Both the position numbers and the translations under genes were made by a program. DNA of 64,000 nucleotides, taken from the NCBI RefSeq assembly GCF_001194135.2, contig NC_068984.1:92760336-92824335 (forward strand), written 5' to 3'. Under the pieces are notes generated by a model, which did not search any database, was not told where the DNA came from, and was given only the letters and a program-made list of their open reading frames with translations. Shown piece after piece: positions 11,040 through 21,931 of the stretch (position 1 is its first letter; each line of letters begins with the position of its first letter). Origin of the DNA: Octopus bimaculoides (Eukaryota).

Positions 11040-14000
11040 TAAATTTATCCTTGTCTTTACTTATAATTTATGAGCATAATATGTTTGCATATGTATGCCC
11101 ATAGTTAAACATAGGTAATATACTGGTAGTATAATGGCTTCTTTTATCTCTTAGACAATTATTTTAAACTCTAACTCAGCTAACCTTATATATATATATA
11201 TATAAGATAAAATAGAGAGATAATTAATTATTATTTATCAATTGAAAAAATTGACATTACTTACAGCTGTTTCAATTCTAGATCTTCAGAAAATTAATTA
11301 ATGAAATTAAAAATTATTTGAAAGTTGAATCTCATCAGTGGTAGTTTAAGATACACAAAATAGGTGTTCAATTCCTGCATGATGAGTATATGACTGCAAA
11401 CCGTTAACTGATAAAATTTATGCATAAAGAACATGGTATAAAACATGGTATAGACCTTAGAAAGGGAAGGAAGGTAGTGTATATTAGAGTTGTAAAGTAA
11501 GAATAGATCAGTATACAGTGTTCCCTTTGGGCTGTATGGGAAGTAAATATGTTAAGAGGCTCTCATGTAAGAAGATATAGTATTTAAGATAAATAAATAA
11601 GGATTAAAGGGAAGTAAATATATGCTTATAAAAGTGATAATAATGGCGGGCTTAAAGAGGGGTCAGTTCAACAAGATTAATTAAAACTTATTAATAAAAT
11701 TATTAAAATATGTTGTCCTCAAAAGTGAAAGTAGGTATTTAATATAGAGGTGAAGAACTAATGAACAGCTGGGAACAATCTAAATTAGGGACAAACAAAA
11801 ATGAAACTTGGTAAAAGTAAACATATATGTTTTTTACGGTAGATTAGCCTAGTTACAGTTCATATAGTACAATTAATACAGAGGTGAAGAGCTAATGAAA
11901 AGCTGGGAATAATCTAAATTAGGGACATACAAAAGTGAAGCCGGGTAAAAGTAAACATATTTTACGGTGAATTAGAAAATAACTTACAGTACAGTTTTTA
12001 TATTACAATGTTAAAGCAATTAAAAGTTATGACTAGCATAAATGAATAAGTTAATGGTTAGATATACCTTCTTACAAGGAGAGAAAAAAAAACGTAAAAA
12101 AGTTATTGTTCATGAAATAGCAAGACGGAGAAAGAGATCAATAAAAAAACAGTCAAGGGGAGGTAATAAATAAATTACTAGAAAGGAAACAAATAATAAA
12201 ATGGGGCTAGATAAAAAATGTGCAGATTAGTGTCTTAGGAGACATGTGCAAGGTATAATGTGAAAATATTATGCTAAATAATAAGTTAGGTGAGTTTTTA
12301 ACTAAAAAATATTAAAGCATTTAACCAAGAAATAGGAAGAAAACTAAAGAATGTAAATTATTTAATTAAAGGCTGGAAGATAATAGAGGAAATAATAGTG
12401 AGTGTGTTAGGAGATAGGTATAAGTAAACTGTAATTATAGTATGTATATATAGGTGGAGTTAGGACCAAATGTAGTTTAAATTGTAAGGCCAAGTAATAG
12501 GAAATAAGTAAAAAGGTAGTTACAAAAATATAAATGTGACTAAATAAATATATATGGTAAGAAATAAATATAATGGGGGAATGATAAAGTTAGAGTATTG
12601 TGAGATAGGTGCAAAATATACTGTAAACATAATATGTGTACATAATAAGTATGGAGTAAGATCATATAGATATTAAATTAATAATCCAAGCAATATGAAT
12701 AAGAAAGGGTAAATATATAAATACAGATATAAATAAATGTATATACATGGTAAGGAATAAATATAATGGAGGAACCATAAAAAGGGGCTAAAGACAATAT
12801 AGTGTGAAATAAAAGGGTAAATAAGCTGTAAAACAATTCAAGCATGCATGTTAGTATAAGGAATAAGAATAGCTAAAAATATATTATATCCTTATATTAA
12901 AAATACAGATTTATTCATGTGTATACAAGAAACATTGCGTTTATCTCGAAAAAGGGTAATAATATAAATACAGATATAGTTAGATATATATAAATATATA
13001 TAAAATATATAAATATATATACATGGTAAGGATTAAATATAATGGGGGAACCATTAAGAGGGGTTTAAAGACAATATAGTGTGAGGGATAGAGGTAAGCT
13101 GTTCTATAATTTAAACATGCATATTACTATAAGGAATAAGAATAGCTATATAATATTTTATCTATATTTTGAAAATACAAATTTGGTCATGTGTATGCAA
13201 GAGGCATGGCATTCATCTTTGAGGTTAAGAATAGGATATTTTGCAGAGAGAATATAAAATTTTTCATTTAAGCATAAAAGATAGTTTTTTATATTAATTT
13301 GATAAGAAGGTACCAAGGTGAGTATTTCCCATTTCAAACCGTACTGTATATTCCTATCCTTTAACTCCCAAATAAATTTACTTAGTCCTGTAGAGTTAGA
13401 TTTATGTTTATTCCTGAAGGTATAGAGGTGAATGGCAATACGTTTTTTTAACCTCATTTTATGTAGAACCAATATAAGAATTTTTCGTTCCCTGTGCTGT
13501 ACATTGATATACATTGATATATTATGATATATACATATATATTATGATATATACATTGATATGTATTGATATATTATACTTTTACACATACATACGTTCT
13601 TAAATAAGCAATTACTTTTAATCCTACAATCACAACTATTAGATATAGTATTAACATTAGTACTGGTGATGTCCAGCAGAAGTGTGTTATTATTATTATT
13701 ATTGTTATTAGGGTTAATGGTAGGGGGCCGGTTAGAATATTACTATTATTATTATTCCTGTTATAATTACTTCTGTTCCAAGTAGAATATGTCTAATTTC
13801 CTATTGTTTATAGAAGATATAATAGTTGCAAGGTTATAGGTTAAACTGTATCCCATATTAATAGTTCTATTACTAATAATTTCATGATATTTATTATTAC
13901 TAAAATGCTTGTTAATAATTGAAACGATAGATTTTATTAAGTTACTTTTAATTAGCATTGCGAAAGGCAAAATTAACATTATATTATTATTAGATAACTC

Positions 14001-14620
14001 ATCATTCTATTAATAGTGGGGGTATTGTTGCCTGTTTTAAATTTATTAGATATATATTTATTTTTATTATTAGATGTGATTTCCTTTATTTTCTTAACCT
14101 TCATATTACAGTCCACCTTAGTATTAGTTTTATTTAAGTTTTTACACTTGCTATTAGTATTGTAATTCATATTATTATTATATTTATTTTTATCAAGTAT
14201 TGCATTTTTATTCTTAGTCTTATTTTTATTACTATTTTTATATAATATTTTCTTATAGTTAGTATTTATTCTTATAAGTATTAGTGTTATTGCCATTATA
14301 TACATTAGTTTTTGTACTAGGGATATTTCCATTTGCAATTATATTTGTGCCATTATTGTTATTATAATTATTGTTAACACTGTTGTTATTGTTATTATTG
14401 TTGATGTTAATATTTTTATTATTAATATTATCTTTATGTGGAATATATTTTATTTTATCATTATAACCAACATTAGCTAAAGCTATATTATATTGGTCTT
14501 TATGTTTATTAAATATTTCTTCATTAGAAGATAGGTAAGATATTCTTCTGCTAATATCCTTAATTAATGCATTTTTTTAAGGTCTAAGAGAATTTGTTGA
14601 TATATTAATGTGTATCTGTA
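11040..14620 (-). mobile_element. 5'-truncated AT-rich Penelope-like element (RT thumb, GIY-YIG, about 2 kb 3' UTR, hammerhead); possibly Hydra clade
   Basis: Minus strand ISRRISYLSSNEEIFNK...YNIALANVGY (14560-14460), CDCRIKSNC (13630), IYQC...SYIGST, STGLSKFIWELK...CIH (13158-13514); clade is inference. Confidence 0.8.
11255..11345 (-). ncRNA. degenerate hammerhead ribozyme (family B) at the PLE 3' end
   Basis: CTGATGA (11338-11332), stem II GATTC/GAATT with long AT-rich loop, GAAA-C-AGCT-G-TA; stem I no longer pairs. Confidence 0.5.
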
Positions 14621-15070
14621 TGTGCGTCATGTATACAGAATAATAGACAGGCTGTCATGAGAAGAAAGTGTGTGTGTGTGTAGACAGTGAAAGAGTCTGA
14701 TGAGAAGTTAGATGAATGTTCATAAACACAAGAAATGAGAGTACCAGTTTGTAGTTAATTGTACACGGTAATTGAAATACTGTATCAAGAAGTTGCGGCA
14801 ATGATGCTGAGCTGGTTGTGGTACATGTCGTACAAAGTTGTGGCTGTAATGCTGCTGCCTGGGTCACTTGTACAGGAGTTCTCACAGGTTGTATATTCAC
14901 TGTTAATCCATGGTGAAGTAATTCACAAACAGTGCTTTGTTGAAACCAGGATGAGTTTCTGGTTACTGTGTATGTAGAGAGATGATGTTAACGCTGTTAA
15001 GTAGATGATGGTGGAATATTACAATTAATATTCAACTGTAAGGTAACTATATAAACTGTAGCTTATATAT

Positions 15071-16800
15071 TACTAGCAGTATAGCCCGGCGTTGCCCGGG
15101 ATTAAGCTAGGATTATTAAGTGATCAAGTGCTTTATTTCAAACCAAAATAAGTAACATCGACATCAGATTTGAGCAAAATCCGTTGAAATTGGTTTGTCT
15201 GAAAATGGTTTGCTGACAATTTGATTGGGAAATCCCATAAGGAATTAGTTTATCGGTTATTTCCACTCATTCACTGTTTTTTTTAGGTTGCATTAGAGAT
15301 CTGCATAGGAGAAAGTTGATCTGAAAGTTTGCATTGGGGATCTGGATTGGAGTAACTTAGGAAAACTTACCAACAGCCTTAACCAAAAAATAAGGAGCCT
15401 GTCCCTTCTTGGTTAACTTTATGAGCAACTTAGTGGAAAACATTTTTAAATCTCAAATTTACCATGAAAAACTCCAGTTAAATTTTTAGATAACACTTGC
15501 ATGATTTTCCCTAAGAAAAATATAAATCGGATTTTTTGCGTGGAATCAACTATCCTGGCCTGCTAATATGCTACAAAACCTTTTTTGTGGTCCGAAAAAC
15601 GGGTTGGGGTGTAGTGGAAGCCTCGGAAATTTTATCCATTTATATTGTGTAATTCACTGACAAATTGTTACATACCTTGGATCTTTCTGATTTGGCAGAC
15701 ACTATTTTTTATTTAGTTTTTATTTAGTGTGTTCTCTACCGAAACACTTTAAAACTTCGTATACTTGTATATTTTGTCTTATAGAACAGAGAAAAATTTT
15801 TATATTCGAAGTTATTTCATGTTAAAAGTTGTCATATTTCAGTAATTTCAACCAATCACTGACGTCTATTGAGGTGAAAACAATTACTGCTGTGGTTTGT
15901 CAACAACACGTTCTGGCGGTGTAATGGGATCTTTTCCTTTGAATAAAATTACTGCAATTGTTTGTCAACAACAACTATCGGCGGTACTGTTATTTATGAC
16001 ATCGTTTGCGCGTTTGTACTGGTTTTAGCTTTAGGGTTTGGGTTTTAGAGTTAGGGTTAGGGTTATGAGTATTTTTGCCAAATNNNNNNNNNNNNNNNNN
16101 NNNNNNNNNNNNNNNNNNNNNNNNNNNNNNNNNNNNNNNNNNNNNNNNNNNNNNNNNNNNNNNNNNNNNNNNNNNNNNNNNNNNNNNNNNNNNNNNNNNN
16201 NNNNNNNNNNNNNNNNNNNNNNNNNNNNNNNNNNNNNNNNNNNNNNNNNNNNNNNNNNNNNNNNNNNNNNNNNNNNNNNNNNNNNNNNNNNNNNNNNNNN
16301 NNNNNNNNNNNNNNNNNNNNNNNNNNNNNNNNNNNNNNNNNNNNNNNNNNNNNNNNNNNNNNNNNNNNNNNNNNNNNNNNNNNNNNNNNNNNNNNNNNNN
16401 TACCGAAATACGACAACTTTAACATGAAATAACTTTGAAAATAATGAATTTTCTTAAAATCGCCTAGAGTAAATGATGTTTTAAATGACACATTCTACCA
16501 GTATCCCAAGTTTGAAAGTGTTTCGTTAGAAAACAAATGGTGTCCACCAAACCAGAAAGATCCCATACCTCTTTGTTTCATTGTTGTTAAATAAATGGAT
16601 TGCCAATAAACTTTTTTCTTCAGCGTGAAATATAAACAAAGCTCTTTCACTCCCGAAGTAGTATGTGTGTGTGTGTGTGTGTGTGTGAGAGTGAGAGGGG
16701 GGAGAAAGATGAACGATTTTTAAATAAATAAATGATTTAAACTAAATATATTTTAATTGTTGTGTGAGAATGTATATATAATCTCATTATGAAATATAGT
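15071..16800 (+). mobile_element. Helentron/HINE-like element (3' boundary uncertain)
   Basis: 5' end tactagcagtatagcccggcgttgcccggg; TTAGGG-like tract at 16025-16065. Confidence 0.5.
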
Positions 16801-17039
16801 GTCTTTCACTCAATAAACACTCACAACGCCCAGTCTGGGAATATATTGGTATAAATGTCATATATTGCAATATTATTTCCATCCATATTAAAGCAATAGA
16901 AAAATTGGTGTGTAAAGTTTTATTCAAACGTGTCTAGTTACTATTATTATTTAATTAAGGTTGAAGTCATTCTAGGCAATCTATTACTTATTGTAAATAT
17001 CGAAAGGGTTATAAGATTTTTAAGATATAATAACTTAAT

Positions 17040-17445
17040 GCTAGTGTACATAAACATTTTAAAATAAAATCAAGAATAAAATAAAATAAAAAATAGAGTA
17101 AATAAATAAATGAATAAAGGCTACATAATATAACCTTTCACCCCTAAAAAATTTATTTTTGAGCTAAACTTATAAAAACAATAAGGAACTATTGAACAAA
17201 AATTTTTTTAAATTTCAGATATACAGCGTTCCCTTTGGGAGATATGGGAAGTAAATATGTTATGAGGCTCATGTAAGGAGATATAGTATTTCACATAAAT
17301 AAATAAGAATTAAAAGGAAGTAAATCTATGCTTATAAAAGTAATAATAAGGGCTTAAAGAAGGGTCAGTTCAACAAGATTAATTAAAACATAATAAAATT
17401 ATTAGAATATGTTGTCCTCAAAACTAGAAGTAGGTATTTAATATA
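17040..17445 (-). mobile_element. PLE 3' UTR fragment, same family as 11040-14620
   Basis: 17220-17445 aligns closely with 11512-11745. Confidence 0.75.
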
Positions 17446-17464
17446 TATATATATATATATATAT

Positions 17465-18149
17465 AGGTGCAGGCGTAGTAAGAAGCTTGCTTTCCAACCA
17501 CATGGTTCTGGGTTCTGTCCTATTTTGTGGTGACTTGAGCAAGTGTCTTCTACATAGCTTTGGGCCAACCAGAGCCTTGTGAGTGGATTTGGTAGATGGA
17601 AACTGAAAGAAGCTGTCATATCATCATCATCATCATCGTTGTCGTTTAATGTCTGCTTTCCATGCTGGCATGGGTTGGACGGTTTGACTGAGAGCAGGCA
17701 AGCCAGAAGGCTGCACTAGGCTCCAATCTGATCTGGCAAAGTTTCTTCAGCTGGATGCCCTGCCTAACACCAACCACTCTGAGAGTGTAGTGCGTGCTTT
17801 TACGTGCCACCAGCATGAGGGTCAGCCAGGTGGTACTGGCATCGGCCACGCTCAAAAGGTGCTTTTTACATGCCACCTGCACAGGAGCCAGTCCGGCGGC
17901 AACATATATATATATTTATAATGTATGTGTGTGTGTGTGTGTCTTTGTTTCTGTGTTTGTCTCCCAACACCACCTCCGCTTAACAACTGGTATTGGTGTG
18001 TTTACGTTACTTGTAACTTAGCGGTTCAGCAAAAGAGATTTATGAAAAAAGTACCAGGCTTAAAAAACGAAGTACTTGGGTTGATTCACTTGACTAAATT
18101 CAAGGCAGTGCCCCAGCATGGCTGAAGTCTAATGATTGAACCAAGTAAA

Positions 18150-18152
<3 letters not shown>
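17465..18152 (+). mobile_element. tRNA-derived SINE interrupted in its internal microsatellite
   Basis: Head and body 17465-17619, (TG)n and 3' half 17905-18152. Confidence 0.75.
17620..17900 (-). mobile_element. RTE LINE 3' UTR fragment nested in the SINE
   Basis: (ATC)n tail at 17620 followed by the RTE 3' UTR. Confidence 0.8.
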
Positions 18153-18189
<37 letters not shown>

Positions 18190-18865
18190 ATATGTATTTA
18201 TTTTCTCCTAATTAATAAATAACTCGGACAAAATAAATTGGTTNNNNNNNNNNNNNNNNNNNNNNNNNNNNNNNNNNNNNNNNNNNNNNNNNNNNNNNNN
18301 NNNNNNNNNNNNNNNNNNNNNNNNNNNNNNNNNNNNNNNNNNNNNNNNNNNNNNNNNNNNNNNNNNNNNNNNNNNNNNNNNNNGGTTAATAGATACCAGG
18401 GTAGCAAAGATCACAAAATAACTGTGGTGTAACTCCTGTTTATGAGGTAGAAACTCCTTGATATTTTGGGTACTTGAGTATATATAAAATTAATGAATGG
18501 AGTAAAACGCATATTTTAACTGCATACTTTAATTTCCAACATATGTTTCGAAGAATTACAATTTATACGATCCATAGGAATCGGCAATGTTAAAAATGTA
18601 AACTTCTCTTCAGGGAAATGTATGGGAACCAGCTTAAACATAAGACATTATAACCGAATATGAGAACTATAGTTGGAGAAGGTTATAACGCAATTTATTT
18701 GAAAAGACCGTTGGAGATTAGGACGCTACCAGATAGTACGTTGGACAAGAAGGGAAGAAAAGAAAAAACGAAAAAAGAAAGAAAATTCAGAGTGTAAAGT
18801 TGGGAGAAAATGGGATGATATAAATCCTATAAAAATTGGAGAGGAATGTTATGTAATAATATAAT
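18190..18865 (-). mobile_element. family A PLE pLTR-like element flanked by (TA)n
   Basis: Homologous to 470-800 and 9881-10190; no ORF seen. Confidence 0.7.
18532..18619 (-). ncRNA. type I hammerhead ribozyme, family A, GUU site
   Basis: ATTTCC-CTGAAGA-GAAG...CTTC-GAAA-C-ATAT-G-TT-GGAAAT; 6-bp stem I. Confidence 0.75.
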
Positions 18866-18890
18866 ATATATATATGCACATATGTATTTA

Positions 18891-18957
<67 letters not shown>

Positions 18958-19159
18958 ATGTAAAAACTTCCACTGATGGTTAGGTATCTTCTGTTGTCAT
19001 CAAGTCCTCATGGTCAAGGTTATATTCATTAAAGGTGAATGGAGAAGTATCTTCTTTTAAATGTAATCATTTTCGTGTGTGTTTGTGTGTGCGTATGTAA
19101 ACACATATTTTGCATATTCCTTCTACTATAACTTACATGGAATACTACCACTGTTGCTG

Positions 19160-19166
19160 CTGCTGT

Positions 19167-19211
<45 letters not shown>
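19160..19211. repeat. (CTG)n/(CTA)n trinucleotide microsatellite
   Basis: Run of actact repeats ending about 35 nt before the acceptor at 19247. Confidence 0.95.
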
Positions 19212-19246
19212 ATAGCACCTTAGATATTTTTGTTGTGTTATTTCAG

Positions 19247-19361
19247 GATGATGAATTAACTTTTGAAGAAGGAGACATAATTTATATTACTGATCAAAAA
19301 GATTCCAATTGGTGGAAAGGAAAGTGTGGGTCAAAAGTTGGCTTAATACCAAGCAATTATG
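19247..19361 (+). CDS. OSTF1: OSTF1 coding exon (SH3 core, 115 nt)
   Basis: tttcag|GAT GAT GAA...AAT TAT G|gtaaga; [38 protein letters not shown] carries the SH3 ELxF, WW and GLIPSNY motifs. Confidence 0.95.
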
Positions 19362-20589
19362 GTAAGATAAAATTTTATCTTATAATATTAAGTAATTGAT
19401 AAAATTCTTAAACATGATGCCCATTATAAGTGGATGATGATATGTAAAAGTAAATTTTGGGATTCCATAATCAAGATTCAAATATTTTCTGTTGAGCACA
19501 AACTGGTAAAGTGATGATTATTAGTATTCTTGAGTTTGTTAGAGAGGAGATGGTGAAATGAGAGAGGAGATGGTGAAGTGAGAGAGGAGGAGGGAATGTG
19601 AGAATGTGTGAGGGAGCAGATAACTAGCCAATGCATTATGCTGTCACTCATGTGGTTAGTGGAAGTGGGAGGTGAAGAGAAATTGAGAAATATTAAAGAC
19701 ATGAAAAAGGGAATTATGTGGTTAAAAAGTTTGTTGAAGTGGTAGAGAGAAAGAGAGAGAAATAAAGTGCTTAGCATAAGGAAATTTTAAAATCATATAC
19801 CATATTTGCTGGCAGATTGAATGCACTTCTTTATTTCTAAATGTATCAAAAAATTGTCCTGCATCTAATGTGGCCATATTATAGATGGGAGACCAAGCAC
19901 CATAGGCTAGGGAGCCGGACAAGCATACCGGGTAAGTTCTTTAGGCGTAAAAATTGTTACTAATAATAAAATAATGAAAACAAGCCAAATTATTACAGTA
20001 AATTGTGTTACTAATAATAAAATATTGAAAACAAGCCAAATTATCAGTCTGTTATCACAAACTTAGGAAAAATTGCTTACAGTACATCAGTAGTTATGGG
20101 GAAAGCTCACATCATCTCACTTACCTTCTTCCCCAGCATACATAACTCACATCTGATATATGTAATACATTATTTAATGACTGGTTTACCTTTAAGAAAC
20201 ATTTGTTCATTATCGAAATGAAAAATGCTCCAAGAAATTTGAAAAGAATGTTAATAAACTTTCATCCTCCTGGCAGCCTTTGCAATAATCAGAGTGGATA
20301 ATGTGTTGGAGGTTTTGAATTTTACAACAGTGCCTTCTTCCTGTTGTGTTCCTTTTTTGGTCATAAGTTTATATTTGACTCGTTTGACTCTTTTCGTCTT
20401 TTTTTTCCTTAATTTCCACATTGTAACCTGTCATATTAACACAAAGCATCACATCCAGAGTTTCAAATCCTGCATAGCAATTTTTTTGCCCAAAATTTAA
20501 ACAGCTATATGGCTGATATGAGAGGAGGCAAGAGTTGAGGTATGGCTTCCCATAACGTACCAGTAAGTTTATTTACAGTAAATTTCATA

Positions 20590-21805
20590 CAGAGTCAAAA
20601 CCCCCCATGACTGAAAAACAAAAAGGCACTGTTATAACATCAAATTCAAACTAGATGTCCCAGCATACACAAAAGACCATGGTAATAGGGCAGCTGTTTG
20701 ATATTTTGGTCACCACCAACCAAGAAAATGGTAAGGACTTAGAGGAAACAAGAAGAGCAACTGAAAGCTACTAAACATAGCAAACACTACCTCTGTAGGG
20801 GAGTTGTAAAGTAGCCTGAACTAGAAGAATTAAAAACATTGGTTGTACCAAAGAAGATTGGACTTTTCAGTATCCACTAAAATGATTAAGTACCATTCAA
20901 GACTTATAGCAATGGACAGAGATATCAATGATTTTAAAGGGTCAACATCATGGCGTTCCAGATTTATGAAGAGAAATAACCTCTGTATGAGGGCTTGGAC
21001 AAGAATAGCACAAAAAATACCCCCTTAATATGAAGATCAAATACTTAAGTTTCACAGGTATATCATTAATGTGAGAAAAGCTAACATGGACAAAGTCACT
21101 TTGACATTTGATGTGCCATCAAACAAGGGTGCTAAAACTGACTGTTAAAACATGTTGCCATGAAAAGATACTACACAGTTGTATTAGCATGCTGTGTTGA
21201 TGACACAAAATTGCTACCTTTTTTAATTTTTAAAAGAAAGACATCGTCTAAAGAAAGTATACCCAATGGTATTTATGTTCATGTCCACCCAAAAGGCTGG
21301 ATGGATGAGAGAGGAATGAAATTGTGGCTTGATAAAGTGTGGTTCAGGCACCCTGGTGGGCTATTAAAGAAACCTGCCTTATTACTGTGGGCCCAGTTCA
21401 GGCTCATAGAAATGAGCTTTTTAAGAGGAAACTTGGAGAACTGAAGACCTGGTTAGCTGTAATTCCAGGAGGCCTAACCAACCAGTTACAGCCTTTGGAT
21501 GTTTCAATCAATAAACCATTTAAAAGATTCATGCAGGAGGTGTGGAGTAAGTGGATGCAGTTTTCAGATTTTGAAGTGACACCAATAGGAAGAAGGTGTG
21601 TGAGTGGGTAAAAAGTTGCTGGAATGCTGTAAAAAAAGAGATGGTTGTAGAATCATTTAAAAAATGTGGCATTAGTAATCTCCTCGATGGTACTGAGGAT
21701 GATTTATTGTTCGAAGAAGATATTGATGACCCAGATCTTATTGCAGAGAATTCCAGTGATGAAGACAATACTGGTAATATGGATGGCAACAGTGAAAATG
21801 AGTAA
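20590..21805 (+). mobile_element. pogo/Tigger-type (POGK-like) DDE transposase pseudogene
   Basis: FKGSTSWRSRFMKRNNL (CENP-B HTH), YTVVLACCVDDTKLLPFLIFKRK, KGWMDE, VIPGGLTNQLQPLDVSINKPFK, ESFKKCGIS; frameshifted; TIRs not found. Confidence 0.88.
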
Positions 21806-21931
21806 CTGTAATTATTTATAGGAATTCATCACATTTATTGTACTTTGCTGATTGGTTTGTAGCAGATTTTATTTGCTTTTTGTTTGCATGTACCAGGATT
21901 CATTGATATCAATGTATATTTCTTCTTTGCT

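Noticed and set aside
14640-15000. GC-richer island, possibly an old LINE fragment on the minus strand
   Set aside because: Only a faint resemblance; no diagnostic motif recovered by eye
19955-20044. 39-bp direct repeat with a period of about 51 bp
   Set aside because: Isolated AT-rich local duplication with no associated structure
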